Assembly (NCBI RefSeq): GCF_964194155.1
Contig: NC_135898.1
Span: 58,218,001 to 58,282,000 of the forward strand
Direction: 5' to 3'
Source: Cetorhinus maximus
Lineage: Eukaryota
Length of the DNA stretch: 64,000 nucleotides
In this document: in pieces, positions 10,655-24,639 of the stretch
Layout: every line of letters starts with the position of its first letter
How positions within the stretch are numbered: the first letter of the stretch is position 1
Notes under the pieces: generated by a model
The model's database searches: none
What the model was told of the DNA's origin: nothing
What the model saw: the letters and a program-made list of their open reading frames with translations, nothing else
Program-made: the position numbers and the translations under genes

Positions 10655-11084
10655 AATACATTTATAAAGCGCTTTTCACTGAACCACTCAAAGCATTACA
10701 GCCAGTGGAGTACTTTTGATGTGTAGTCACTGTTGTAATGTAGGAAATACAGCAGTTAGTTGTACACGACCAACTCCCACAAATAGTAATGTGTTAATGA
10801 CCCGAAACTCATTTTTTGTGATGTTGATTGAAAGATAACTATTGGCCAGGACACACGGGATAACTCCTTTGCTGCCATGGGATATTTTACCTCCAATTGA
10901 GCAGGCAGATGGGATCACGGTTTAACATCTCACCTGAAAAATGACACCTCCAAAAGTGCAGCACAGGCTCAGTACTGCACTGGAGTGTCAGCCTTGATTT
11001 TTGTGCTCAAGCTCTGGAGTGGGACTTGAACCTGGAACCCTGTAACTCAAGTGAGAATGCTTCCAACTGAGCCATGGCTGACAC
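10655..11084 (-). mobile_element. tRNA-headed SINE with Deu-like central domain (SacSINE1/AmnSINE-like) and L2-like tail
   Basis: - strand: gtgtcagccatggctcagttgg (A box)...ggttcaagtcccac (B box)...gtgctgcacttttggaggtg..gagatgttaaaccg. Related copies near 33520, 45960-46250, 52520-52870 and 60160-60500. Confidence 0.7.
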
Positions 11085-11599
11085 TTAATTGCACCTTTTG
11101 GCCATTTTAGTAAATAATTTCATTTTCCCTTTTATAATACACAAATGCTGGGCACAACAAAGTGCTTCACTTTTAAGATAGAGAAATGTGTGCTTATGTG
11201 CACTTTAGAAGCTTTATTCTGGCAAATAAGGTACAAAAACTTGCCTATAGCTATTTTGTTAAACGAATATGCGGACATAATTCAAGTGTTAAAACACATT
11301 AGCTTTATTGCAAATACATAAGAAAACACATCTGTTTCAGAATATTCTTAGGTCTACAGCCTGAAGAAATTAAAGAGGCTCTTAAATTTGGTGCAAATCT
11401 CTCTGTTTAATGTTTTTCTCAAGAGCACCTAGATCTGTTAAACTCTTTTTTTATATCTAGCTATTATAATTTATAATTTTCACCTGTGGAATAACACATA
11501 ACCATTAAGAAATGATGGGGCAACAGGTATTCTGCAAAGATTGGCTAATTGCTGAGAAAAGTATAGTTTAGAGCAGATAGTTTTGAGGTTGGTCGTCAG

Positions 11600-12270
11600 C
11601 TCAATTCTGGGTGCCACACAGGGATGGATTCCAGAGCCTTGGCGAGGGTGCAGAAGAGGACCGGTACCAGGGATAAGGGACTTCACTTATGTGGAGAAGG
11701 TTATTTTCCTTAGAGTAGTGAAGGTTAAGAGGAAATTGGATAGAGGTGTTCAAAATGATGAATAGTTTTGAAGGAGTAAGTAAGGAGAAACTGTTTCCAA
11801 TGGCATGTGGATCGGTACTGAGAGGACAAAGAATTAAGGTGATTGGCAAAAGAACCAGAGACAACATGAGAATTTTTTCTTCTAATGTGCCATAAATGTT
11901 ATGATCTCAAATGCATTGCCTGATGCATTGCAGATTCAATAATAACTTTGAAAGGGAATTGAATAAATACTTGAAGGGAAAAGTGTTGGGAACAGTGAGC
12001 TGCATTAGACAAAAACCCAAATTTAGGTATGTACATATTAAAAAGAGCAGCAGGCCAATACCAACCCTCAGGGAACACCATGGTATACCCTCTCTCCAGT
12101 CTGAAAACTATTGTTTGCAACTACTCTCTGCTTTCTGTCCTTTAGACAATGATATATTTTTAATCCCTGTGCTTTCATTTTGCTGACAACTTGATTATGT
12201 GGTACATTCTCAAATGCCCTTTGAAAGTTCATGTAAATAACCGTTAACCTCACTACCCCTCATCACCCTC
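11600..12270. mobile_element. Old CR1 fragments in both orientations
   Basis: The + strand has a CR1 3' region (gagaaactgtttccaatgg..). The - strand ORF 12068-12253 reads VIYMNFQRAFENVPH (RT motif). Confidence 0.65.
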
Positions 12271-12449
12271 TCCATGTTATGTATCTTGTTGCTGTTTGTG
12301 GGACCTTGGTTATGCAATTTGCTGTCATGTTTCCCTATGTTACAACTGTGGCAACACTCCAAAAGTATTCCATTAGCTGTGAAACATTGACAGCTTGCAT
12401 TTAAGAATTATTTCTAATGTAGAGGAAGATTCCATGGCATTTCAAAGAG

Positions 12450-13600
12450 ATGTATTCAATTTAAAATTGGAAAAATAAATCTGGCATCAGTAGTAGTGAC
12501 CATTAAGATGGTGGGTTGTTGTAAAAATCTAACTGATTGACTAAAGTCCTTAAGGGAAGAAAATCAGCCATCCTTACCTGGTTTGGCCTGGATGTGGCTC
12601 TAGTCCCAAGCTAATGTGCCTGACTCTAACTGCATTCTGGAATAGTCTAGTGAGCCATTCAGTTATTTCAAACTGCCACAGAGAATAGGAATAAAATTGG
12701 AGGGACAATTTGATGTGAAATAAGCAAAGAATTGGGAATGATGGAGGTACACCTAGCCCAGGTAATCCTGCAAAATTCTCCTTACTAACATCTGGCGCCT
12801 TGTGCCAAAATTGGGAGAGCTGCCCCACAGACTAGTCAACAACAGCCTGACATAGTCATACTCACAGAATCATATCTAAATTCTCAGATTCCTTCACCAT
12901 CCTTTCCCAGACCCACTAGGTGTGGGACTACAGTGGTAAACTGTTGAGTCATTGGGTGACTGAGAGAGTCTTCAACATTGGCTACAACCCCGTGTAGTCT
13001 CATTGCTTGAGGTTGAACACAAGCAGGGAAACCTCCTGCTGATTACCACCGACCACACTCCCTCAGCTGATGAATCAATATTTCTCCATGTTTTACACCC
13101 CTTGGAGAAAGCATTGAGGGTTGCAATGGCAAAGGGTGTACTCTGGGAGGGTTACTCAATGTCTACCACAAAATAGTGGGAGCCCATTAGCGCCACCACT
13201 GAGAGGGCTGGCTGAGCCCTGAAGGTCATGGGTACCAGATTGAGCTTGCGGCAGTTGGCCACAGAATCACCATGAGGAAATAATCTACTTGACTCTGTCT
13301 TGCCTGTCAGCTGCATGTCAATGATTGTATTGGTGGGAGTGACCACTTTATACAGTCCTTAAGGGGCATGAGTCCTATCTTCACACTGAGGGCACCCTCC
13401 ATTGTGTCATGTGGCATTACCGACTGTGCTAGTGGGTTAAGAACAGATGTAGCAGCTCTCAACTGGACATCCATTAGTCACTTTGCAACCTTAGCAACAG
13501 GAGAAATGTATTTCATCACAACCTGTAACCTCTTGGCTCTACATGTCCCTCAGTCTTCCATCACTAAGCCCTGATTCAATTAGTTTAGAATAGCATGCCT
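12450..13600 (+). mobile_element. SINE-like head followed by degraded LINE endonuclease (APE) region
   Basis: ..ctaaagtccttaagggaagaaaatc.. is shared with the SINE family at 45500 and 47900. It is followed by gggagagctgccccacagactagtcaac..cctgacatagtcatactcacagaatc (PDIVILTES-like endonuclease motif). Confidence 0.55.
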
Positions 13601-16292
13601 CTATTAGGCGTGCCCACTAACACCTTCTAGAAGGTATCTAGGAATGGATGATAAATACTGGCCTTACTGTTCAGGCCCATTTTCTGAGAATGGGGGAAAA
13701 CAATTGATGCTGAGCCATCAAAGGAGATATTAGATGGGGTGACTAAAAGCTCAGCCAAAGAAGAGGGTTTTAAGGAGGATCTTCCAGAAAGACAGGGAGG
13801 TGGTAAGGCCATTAGATTCAGAAAGGGAATTTTGGAGCTTAGGGCCTCATCACCAACGGTGGGACAGAAGGAGTCGTAGATGCACAAAAAAGGCCAGAAT
13901 TGGAGGAACACAGAATCGACAGCTTGTTTTGCTTTCTGACAGTGTTCCCACTAAAGTACATATGCGGAAGGCACCACATGGGCAGCTCCCAAATAGCGGC
14001 TGCACAAAATATATTTATAAGTACCATGTATTTAAATGAACAGGCCGTACACAACAAAAAAAAGAGGGAACATTGGATTCTGCCAGATTTTCTTTTCTAT
14101 TGTAGACAGAAAAGAAAGTGTGGTGGAGCGCTAGTGCCTATTTTGCACCACTGTGCAAGATTAATATATACCTCATTATTTTCTTTCACCATTTTCTATC
14201 ATAGTGGTCATTCCTTACTTGCAACATGGAATAGAATGTCTTGCAATCTTTAAAAATGAATGCTGTGATAAGATATTTTTCTTTTAAAGAAAAATTGTTG
14301 CCATTAATACCCTTTAAAAATGAGAATGATTTAGAAATGATAATAAAATTAATAGCCAGTTGCTTCCACGTTTCTTGTTAATTGGTGATTGCTGATATCT
14401 CCATGTAATAAGTTGGCGGGAGTTTTGGAACTTGATGTTTGCTAGATGAATGGTACTGATAATTCAGCTCCTTCACATGCAAGCTTAGTTCTTCTGGTCT
14501 TGATCCTGTTACCTAGGACACCCTTTGCCATCCCCTTTTGTTGGATCATAACAGACTGTAGATATAAACCCACCGTGCATGATTACCTGGCATTGGAGGG
14601 ATACCTTCTGAACCTTTTTATTTGTTTGGGTTGCTGAAGAAAACCAAAGCTAGAAATTTTTAAATAGCAGCTCATCAGAAGGCCACTGTAGAATACATGT
14701 GTAATTTTTCTATTCTTCGTGGGCAGTGTTTGCCTAACTTCAAACATTCCATTAAATTTTTATGTATTCAGTTGCTTTGAGGTTTAAAACTCAGCATTGA
14801 TGCTGATAAAAATTATCTAGGCATGTTATATTAATTAGCCAGTATGCTACCTAAGCTCATTTGGGGAGGACATGAGCCACAACTAGATGATCAATATGTT
14901 TAATCAGGGATATGGTGATACTTCCCTGTCATGTTAATCCTGAATTGATCAGGAATGTAGAACAGTCACAGTTGCAAATGATTATTGGATATTAAAATCA
15001 ACACTAATTTATGCATTACAACACTATCAAAGTATGCTTTTGGTTTAATTGGGCCGCTTGTTTGCCTTAAATTCCCAACAGACATTAGAGTACATAGCTG
15101 TGTCTTTCAGTAGCAGCTTGTTGCATTACGGGGAATGAAATTGGAACTGAGCTGGTTCTGAAAAGATTGTAGTACTAAAAATGACCCTAAGCTCATCCTC
15201 GAGCCAACAGTTTTATGATTTTGTTGATCTTCATTATATTTTTATGAGAACTAATGTTTTGTAGCATTGAGAGCAACCTGATTTGCACTCAGGAGGGCAA
15301 ATCTGACTGTGCCTCTTAGCGTTTAAAAAGTTTTGTTTGTTCATTATCCAAAATATAAATAATTCTGTTTTATCTTGCCAGGTTATACATCATGTGAATC
15401 AAGAAATTGCCCATCTTGCAAATCAGCATAAATATGATTTATGGGATGGGGCCATTTTGATTATCATAGCACAATATCTCAGTGATGTGAAAAATCTGAA
15501 ACCTTCTTAAGGACAAGTCTTTTGCTGTGCCTTGTAACAAGGTTAGGAATCCTCCCATTTGCCCCAAGAACCTGAGTTAATCATAGGAGTATTATAAATA
15601 CCTAAGAGACCATAGGACTTGAATATTTCAGTTGCTGAATAACTGAGTTTTTCATAACCTGTGAAATAATTAAGTGCAGCACAGAATTGACGAGATTAAA
15701 ATTTAAATTACTGTAACACTGAGGAAGTTGATTTGCTACCCCTGTGATTGGGGAGAGGACAGATCATTTTGTGTGTTGAATTTAGAGAAAACTGCCATTG
15801 GTGTTAATTTTATCATATCTTTAAAGTGTCCATTGTGTCCTAAATCCATGATAGGTATATTTCTCTCCAATAAAAATATACAGTTTAAAATATTAAATTA
15901 ATGCCTCAAGTTTAATGTTGCAAATTATTACTGTAGGGATCATTGACCTTTAACTTTTAATGAGGCTGATAATTGACATTGAAACTGATACAGCAATTTA
16001 ATTTCTATTGTAAATGAAATGTGAAATTTGATGATTAAGAATTACTTTCAAGTTGCTTGGTACTGTTTATTGGACCAATCTTGCTGTAGCAGGACATCCA
16101 ACTGTGTCTGTCATTCATTTGATTGGCCCCTGCATCCTCCAGCTCAAAGAAAACTGTGCCACAAAGCTGCTGAAAGTGCCATAACCAGTAAAAAAAAAGG
16201 CATCTGTGACCTGACTCAACAGGTATCTCTATTGCCAGTGAGATTTAAGGATTGAGAAATAAATAGCAGAAGAACTGAGAAGGAGGGTGAAT

Positions 16293-19129
16293 TCACAGAA
16301 TCACAGAATCTCACAGTGCAGTAGAGGCCCCTCGACTCATCGAGTGTGCACCGACACGTGAGAAACACCTGACCTACCTACCTAACCCCATTTACCAGCA
16401 CTTGGCCCATAGCCTTGAATGTTATGATGTGCCAAGTGCTCATCCAAGTACTTTTTAAAGGATGTGAGGCAACCCCCCTCCATCACCCTCCCAGGCAGCG
16501 CATTCCAGACCATCACCACCCTCTGGGTAAAAAAGTTTTTCCTCACATCCCCCCCTAAACCTCCTGCCTCTCACCTTGAACTTATGTCCCCTCGTGACTG
16601 ACCCTTCAACTAAGGGGAACAGCTACTCCCTATCCACCCTGTCCATGCCCCTCATAATCTTGTACACCTCGATCAGGTCGCCCCTCAGTCTTCTCTGCTC
16701 CAACGAAAACAACCCAAGTCTATCCAACCTCTCTCCATAACTTAAATGTTTCATCCCAGGCATCATCCTGGTGAATCTCCTCTGCACCCACTCCAGTGTA
16801 ATCACATCCTTCCTATAATATGGCGACCAGAACTGTACACAGTACTCCATCTGTGGCCTCACGAAGGTTCTATACAACTCCAACGTGACCTCCCTACTTT
16901 TGTAATCTATGCCTTGATTGATAAAGGCAAGTGTCCCATTTGCCTTTTTCACCACCCCCACTAACGTGCCCCTCCGCCCTCAGAGATCTATGGACACACA
17001 CGCCAAGGTCCCTTTGTTCCTCAGAACTTCCTAGTGCCATGCCGTTCATTGAATACTTCCTTGTCAAATTACTCCTTCCAAAGTGTATCACCTCACACTT
17101 TTCAGGGTTAAATTCCATCTGACACTTATCTGCCCAATTGACCATCCCGTCTATATCTTCCTGTAGCCCAAGACACTCAACCTCACTATTAGCCACCCCG
17201 CCAGTCTTTGTGTCATCCGCAAACTTGCTAACCCTACCCCCCACATAATCATCTGTATGGTTTATATAAATGAGGAATAATAGAGGACCCAGCACAGATC
17301 CTTGTGGTACGCCACTGGACACTGGCTTCCAGTCACTGAAGCATCCTTCTGTCATCACCCTCTGTCTCCTACAACTAAGCAAATTTTGAATCCACCTTAT
17401 CAAATTACCCTGTATCCCATGTGCATTTGCCTTGTTGATAAGTCTTCCATGTGGGACCTTGTCAAAGGCTTTGCTGAAATCCATATAAACTACATCAACT
17501 GCATACCCTCATCTACACACCTGGCCACCTGCTCAAAAAATTCAGTCAAATTTGTTAGGCATGATCTCCCTCTGACAAAGCCATGCTGACTATCCCTGAT
17601 CAAACCTTGCTGCTCCAAGTGGAGATAGATTCTCTTCTTCAGAATTTTCTCTAATAGTTTCCCTACCACTGTCGTGAGACTCACTGGCCTGTAGTTCCCT
17701 GGCTTATCTCTACAATCCTTCTTAAATAGCGGAACCACATTAGCTGTTCTCCAGTCATCTGGCACCTCCCCCATGGCCAGAGAGGAATTAAAAATTTGGG
17801 TCAGAGCCCCTGCGATCTCCTCCCTTGCCTCCCTCAGCAGTCTGGGACACAAATCATCCGGATCTGGAGATTTGTCCACTTTTAAGCCAGCCAACACCTC
17901 CAATACCTTGTCACTCCCTATATCAATTTGCTCAAGAACCTCGCAGTCTCTCCTCGAGTTTGATACCTTCATCCTCATTCTCTTGGGTGAAGACGGATGT
18001 GAACTATTCGTTCAACACTCCACCGATGCTCTCTGGCTCCACCCATAGATTGCCCCATGGTCCCTACTCTTTCCCTGGTTATCCTCTTCCCATTGATATA
18101 CTTATAGAATATCTTGGGATTTTCCCTACTTTTACCAGCCAGAGCTTTCTCATATCCCCTCTTTGCTCTTCTTGCTTTCTTAAAATTGCTTTCTTAAGCT
18201 CCACCCTGCACTTTCTGTACTCCACTAATGCCTCCGCTGATTTGCTTCCATTGTACCTGCTAAAAGCCTCTCTTTTCCTTCTCATCGTATCCTGAATATC
18301 TCGGGTCATCCATGGTTCTTTGGGCTTGTTACTCCTTCCTATCACCCTAGAGGGAACATGTTGAGCCTGTACTGTCCCCATTTCCTTTTGAACGCTCCCC
18401 CCACTGCTCCTCTGTAGATTTCTTCACAAGTAGCTGTTCCCATTTTACCTTGGCCAGATCCTGCCTTATTTTACTAAATTCCACTCTCCCCCAATCCAAA
18501 ACATTTTTTTGCAACTTATCTATTTCTTTGTCCATAACAAGCTTAAATTGTACCATGTTATGGTTGCTATCACTAAAATGCTCCCCACCACCACCTCAAC
18601 CACCTGTCTGGCTTCATACCCCAGAATTAGGTCCAGCACTGTGCTGTCCCTTGTTGGCCCCCTACATATTGACCTAAAAAGTTCTCCTGTACACATTTCA
18701 AGAAATCCACTCCGTCCAAGCCCTTAACACTATGTCTATCCCAATTAATGTTGGGAAAGTTGAAATCACCTAATATAATTACCCTATTGTTATTGTTTTT
18801 ACACACCTCTGAAAATTGTGCACATATTTGCTCCTCAATTTCCCGCTGACTATCTGGGGGTCTATAAAAAAGCACCTAACAATGTGGCTGCCCCTTTTTT
18901 ATTCCTAAGCTCTGCCCATAAAGCTTCATTCGATGCCCCCTCCAAGATTTCATCTCTTCTTACTGCAGTAACTGACTCCTTAACTAATAATGCAATGCCT
19001 CCTCCTCTTTTACCCCCTTCCCTGTCTCACCTGAAGATTCTATATCCCAGAATGTTGAGCTGCTAATCCTGCTCCTCCCTCAACCACGTCTCAGTGGTGG
19101 CTACTATATCACAATTCCACATGTCAATT
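16293..19129 (-). mobile_element. 5'-truncated CR1 LINE, nearly full ORF2 (APE + RT), frameshifted
   Basis: ORFs 18627-18875 (FYRPP..ILGDFNFPNINW), 17490-17978 (DWRTANVVPLFKK..PGNYRPVSLT), 16894-17484 (DFSKAFDKVPH..GVPQGSVLGP..KFADDTK) and 16623-16961. (GATTCTGT)n tail at 16293-16310. Confidence 0.95.
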
Positions 19130-21485
19130 GACAGGAGTGAATTTAATTTCAAATCAGGTATGGAAAGAAAGATTTGAGAGAATTGAAATTTAAAATATTT
19201 GAGAGAGAAAGAAGAGACAGGATAAGTTAGAAATATAAATTAAATTTGACATTTTTAAAAGCAATGCGACCTGAATATTTCCTACTTAGTTAATTTTCAA
19301 GCTCAGATAGCTTGATTAACAGTTATTAACATTTATCACATCTTCAAAAGTGTACCTTTGCTTCTAATTGATAGCCCTAACAATCTGTGACATGTTTAGT
19401 TTGTATTTATTGTGCAAATACAGCAACTTCAGGACATTCAATGCTTGCCAATAGTGAACCACACAGCGAGATGCTGCCTTTGCAAAGCTAATGGTGACGA
19501 GGATAGTAAATTTGGAATATTCCTGAAAAACATGCATTTTCTCCTTGCCTGAAACTGTTGTACCATTTATGCATAAATAACAGAGCACACCATTGGTCTC
19601 GTCGTTATTTTGACAGTGAAATCTGGCCTGATGACTCAGTGTGGCAAGGAAAATGTGCCTTTCCGTAGCCTGTTAGTACCAGCAGACATTAAATGTTGAG
19701 TCACTGATTATTTCATTGTAAAACTTCTAAAAATTTTATTAATGGAACTATAAAAAAAACAGTCCTTCCGAAGGGTTGTAATTAGATTCCCAGTTTTAGT
19801 GCTTTTAATGCAGGGAGCTTATTGTTTAAATGTTGGGTAGTAGCACTCTGGCCTGACAAGTTCATAGAACTGTCCTGGAGCTTTTTAATGACTGGTCCTG
19901 TGGGGTGAAGACAGTGATCTTTTTTTCTGTTTCTGTTTTTGTAACCTGTATTGCTATAGACTTATTAACCAGCTTCATATTAAAATGCTGACCTGGCTTT
20001 AACCTGTAGAGGATTATAAGTCTAACAATTACATATTCTTGTATCAGTCGTTGGTGTCAGAAATTATTTGCTCTTTAACAAAGAATTTCCGTGGCCTCCA
20101 AACAGGAGTTCTAATGTTGTCTTGTGCCACTGTGGTGATAATTAGTTCATCTGTTGTCTGATCAGAATTAGACATTTGTATAATGGAGCGATTTGTGTTC
20201 TCATCCTTTTTATTGGTAATTTCATGAGTGAAGATATATGGGAAATCCAGGGATCAACCTAAACATTGCTTAGAACTTTACAGTGAGTTTGGCTGAGAGA
20301 GATCAATATCATAATTATATTGCATTCTAAGATGCCTGGAACTGCCAAGAGTGGTTTGCACTCAGCAACATCCATTTTATATTGTGAACTCCAAAAATTG
20401 GACAAAAGAAATGTTGGTTTTAAGTGGCCAATTTATACTAGAACACCACTATTTATAGATGGAACTCTGGATTAGCAGTGCTGGTTTAAGGTGCCGATGC
20501 TGTCTCCCTCGTACTGCCAAAAGGAGTGTTTCTGCTTGCAGTGATGCATAAATGATGGAAAGACACTGTTGTCATGTCCCACTCTGACTGGAAGGCATCT
20601 AGTTGAGATGCTGTTGATGGGGGCCACCTTGCATTGCTTAGGATCAACAACATATAAGGTCTAATTTCAGTGCGGTGTCAAGCTGGGTTTATAAACATCT
20701 TTAGGTTTCCTTTGAACTTATTAGACACCTTATAGCATTAAGCATTTAATGTTCAGGAAACCATTTAAAATTTACTGTTTGCGTGCAGAGCTTACGCTTG
20801 TATGAACATGTGCTCGTTGCTATCAGGCAGTTTGGAGTTCACAATGTAAATTAGATGCTGCTGACTGCAAGCCACACTTGAGAGTTTCATATCTCTTAGA
20901 GTGCAATATAATCATGTCCTACACTGCCAGCTCCCAATTAGTGCTCTGCCCAGGACAGTGGAGCTCTGAGCATGCGTGCAACATGAACAGAATCAAGAAT
21001 AAAAAACTGTCTGAAAAATGCTTTTTCCCAGTGAACTGTGCAACTTGAAGTTAACAAGGCTCTACTCGTTAAGTTGGGCTTGTTGCTTTGGATGAGACTA
21101 GCATCTGTAATTCAACATAGAACATAAGTAGCAGGAGTAGACTTTGCAGCCTGTCCAGCCATTCATTATGATCATGGCTGATCTTCTCTCTCATCCCTAA
21201 TTTATATTATGTAATTTACAAGCTAAAGTTATTGAGAAATCAGAAGAGTAACCTTAGCATATTGTTGATATCTATATAGCCATTTTAATTGAATTCAGGC
21301 AGTGATATGTTTTATTTTAAGGTATACGCAACTATTTCAAATATTTAACATTTGATTGGCAGCTTGATTTGGAGGTATAACTTTTAAGAAAGCTTTGTTC
21401 TTGAATTGGCGGGACATTTTTATGGGAGTGTTTTATGTACTGTTGTTTTCGGTCTGTAAATAATTAACTAACTTTTTTCTTCCAG

Positions 21486-21597
21486 GGGTTGGCAAGGTTT
21501 AATTGCCCATGGTTGTCATTCACTTGTATTGATAATTGATCCAAGCACGTCGCAAACAATTCAGGTTCTGGAACGGCACAAAGCAAGTGTTGTGAAG
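21486..21597 (+). CDS. WDR11: WDR11 coding exon 2 (GWQGLIAHGCHSLVLIIDPSTSQTIQVLERHKASVVK)
   Basis: ttttttcttccag acceptor, AAG|GTAATC donor, 112 bp, phase continuous with exon 1. Confidence 0.95.
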
Positions 21598-21949
21598 GTA
21601 ATCATTATTGTCCCTGTTTGTGTTAGATTGTGATTATATTGAAAATCTGTTATCAAGGATAACACCAGTTGTTCGCCTTTCTTCCCAGTTAAACTTGACC
21701 ATTTAGAAAGGATATTAGCTAGATTTGAAGTGCATCTGCTAATTTATTGCATACATTCATACTATAATGCAATATTTTAGTAGCAAATAATTGGATCCTA
21801 CTGCTGGCAAATTTAAAAGGAAACTCTTCAGCAATTTCTTTAACATAAAAGGCTTTAGTCTAATATTAAAGCATACTGATCCTTTAACTTTTAATTACTC
21901 AGCATTTCCACTTATCCGTTTTAACCTTTCAGCTTCACTAGTGATAAAC

Positions 21950-23215
21950 TGGTGAGAATATTTGTACATAAATCATTGAAGGTGGCAAGACAGGTAAGAG
22001 ATCGATTAATAAAGCACGCAGCATCCTAAGCTTTACTAATAGGGACATGGAGTCAAAAGCAATGAAATTATATTAAACTTGAATAAAACAATGGTTTGCC
22101 TCAACTGGAATATTGCATCGAGTTCTGGCCGTCACACTGTAGGAAAGATGTGAAAGCAATAGAGAGAGAGTGCAGAAAGATTCATGAAAATGGTTCCAGG
22201 GATGAGGAACTTAAGTTACACAGGCAGATTGGAGAAATTAGGAATGTTTTCCTTGGAGAACAGAAGATTGAGAGATTTGGTAGCGGTATTCAAAATCAAG
22301 AGGGTCCTGGACAGAGTAGATAGTGAGAAACTGTTCCCATTGCTGGAAGGATCGAGAACCAGAGAGCACAGATTAAAGGTAATTGACAGAAGTAGCAATG
22401 GTGACATGACAAGAAACGGTTTCACTCGGCGAGAGGTTAGGATCTGGAATGCACTGTCTGAGAGTGTGGTGGAGGCAGGTTCAATCGAGGCATTCAATAG
22501 GGAATTGGATTATTTAAAAAGGAAAAATATGCAGGGCTATGTGGAAAAGATGGGGGAATGGCACTAGGTGAACTGTTCCTTCAGAGAGTCAGCACAGACA
22601 TGACAGGCAGAATAAAAACAATAAGCTAAAAGCTACTGTGGATGCGGATGACAGGCAGAATGCTGTTTTTCTGTGCAACAACCATTCTGCGATTCTGTAA
22701 TATTTCCTGCAGTTTAGAATGATGGAAAAGTTATCTCATTGAAACAAATAAAATCTTAAAGGGCTTGACCATGTAGATGTTGGGAGGATGTTTTTCTTAC
22801 CTGGGGAATCTAGAACTAGTCACCATGTCACAATAAAGAGTTAGCCCTTTAGCACGGAGGTGAGGTCCGGCTACAGACCAAATGCTGGGAAGTGGGATTA
22901 GGCTGGGGGGTTAATTTTTCGGCTGACAGACACGATGGGCTAAGTGGCTTCTTTCTGTGCCATAAATTTTCTATGATTCTATAAGAAATTTCTTCATATA
23001 AAGGGTTGTGAACCTTTAGAATTCTCTATCGCAGATAGCTGTGAATGCTCAGTCATGGAATATATTTGTCAGAGATGAAATATTTTTGGATACCAAGGGA
23101 TATGGGGATACTGCATGAAGGTGTAGCTAAAACAGAAGATCATCCAATATTTTGTTGAATGGCAGAGCAAACTCAAGGGCTGAATGGCCTATTCCTGTCC
23201 TTGTTCTCCTGTTCT
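21950..23215 (+). mobile_element. Cluster of CR1 3' fragments (nested)
   Basis: ORFs 22096-22323 (PQLEYCIEFW) and 22184-22567. A further CR1 3' end with ctatgattctat tail is inserted near 22866-22982. Confidence 0.8.
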
Positions 23216-24236
23216 TAACACTGCTTACGGTTATTAAGGAGTATATTGGGCAACTTCTGATGTATGTACGTGCACAATTAAACGCAGAAATCTGGAAGTT
23301 GCAATCCAAGTTGCCCTGCTATATCAGTACCTCGTTGAAGACTCAGTGTTCAAACATATGCAAAGGTTTGAAGTTGGGGTACTTGCGTGACAGATATCTA
23401 CTGAACATGCCAATACAAGTTAGGGCTTGTCCATTCAAGTCTGAGTAATTTTTTAAAAGTGTGGTAAGTTGTTTACTGCCAAACAACCACTCTGGCACTA
23501 AAAATTTACTTTTACACTTGTGGAGTCTCATTCCTTCAGATTTTAATTATTGTTGGAGATTTTTAAAAAACTCTTGTATGATTTTACATTGAATTAAATA
23601 TTTAAGCTTACAGTTCCTGATTCAGATGCTGCATATCTCAGTAATGATTCTTTAATTTGATTAAGGGGATATACTGCTGCTTGCCCTATTCACAGATCCA
23701 CTGTAGAGGGTGCCATGCTGATTTTTATTTCCAATAACCACCACTGTAAAAGTCATAGAAAACTTGTGGGCCAATTGGACTTGTAATGAATGGCTGGAGC
23801 TGTTTGTTTGTCGCTGACCACAGAATCCAGTCCTATGTGTTCCTGCAGGTGCTTTCATTTTCAGAAGTTATGAGGCATAAAATAGTTTGCAGCAATATAT
23901 TCTGTTAGTGATGTTGTATGTTTATTTTACTATTGGATTGTGGAGCTAATCATGGATTTGATGTTTGGCAGACAATGCTGGAAATATTGAGCAGGTCAGG
24001 CAGCAACTTTGGAGAGAAGAAGGTATGGTTAATGTTTTGGGCCAATGACACAAAATATTCACTCTCCACCCCCACCCCCTCAACCGCCTGTGTCTTGTCC
24101 AAAGATTATGCCTGGCCTACTGATTATTTCAAGTTAGATTTGAAGTCTAAAAATTTCAGATTGCCAGTGTTTGCAATGTGTTGCTTCTGTTTCAGTGTTT
24201 GGCACCTCCCTGAAAGCAGTTAACATTGTTCTGAAA

Positions 24237-24631
24237 CTGGGAAGAGTGTCCTGCAGTCAGCATCGCGATGAAGCAGCCTGGGAAGAGTATCCTGCAGTGT
24301 GGGAAGAGTATCCTGCAGTCAGCATTGCGGTGAAGCAGTCTGGGAAGAGTGTCCTGCAGTCTGGGAAGAGTGTCCTGCAGTCAGCATTGCTGTGAAGCAG
24401 TCTGGGAAGAGTGTCCTGCAGTCAGCATTACTGTGAAGCAGTCTGGGAAGAGTGTCCTGCAGTCAGCATTGCTGTGAAGCAGTCTGGGAAGAGTGTCCTG
24501 CAGTCAGCATTGCTGTGAAGCAGTCTGGGAAGATTGTCCTGCAGTCAGCATTGCTGTGAAGCAGTCTGGGAAGAGTGTCCTGCAGTCAGCATTGCTGTGA
24601 AGCAGCCTGGGAAGAGTGTCCTGCAGTCAGC
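24237..24631. repeat. 41-bp minisatellite (CTGGGAAGAGTGTCCTGCAGTCAGCATTGCTGTGAAGCAGT), about 9-10 full and partial units
   Basis: Unit starts at 24361, 24402 and 24443 give a period of 41. Some units are shortened to ~21 bp. Confidence 0.95.
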
Positions 24632-24639
24632 TCTTGTTG

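Noticed and set aside
10960-11084. tRNA gene
   Set aside because: The A/B boxes belong to a SINE head followed by SINE body and tail; no convincing cloverleaf.
24237-24631. CRISPR-like array
   Set aside because: Units are head-to-tail with no unique spacers, there are no cas genes, and the context is vertebrate; it is a minisatellite.
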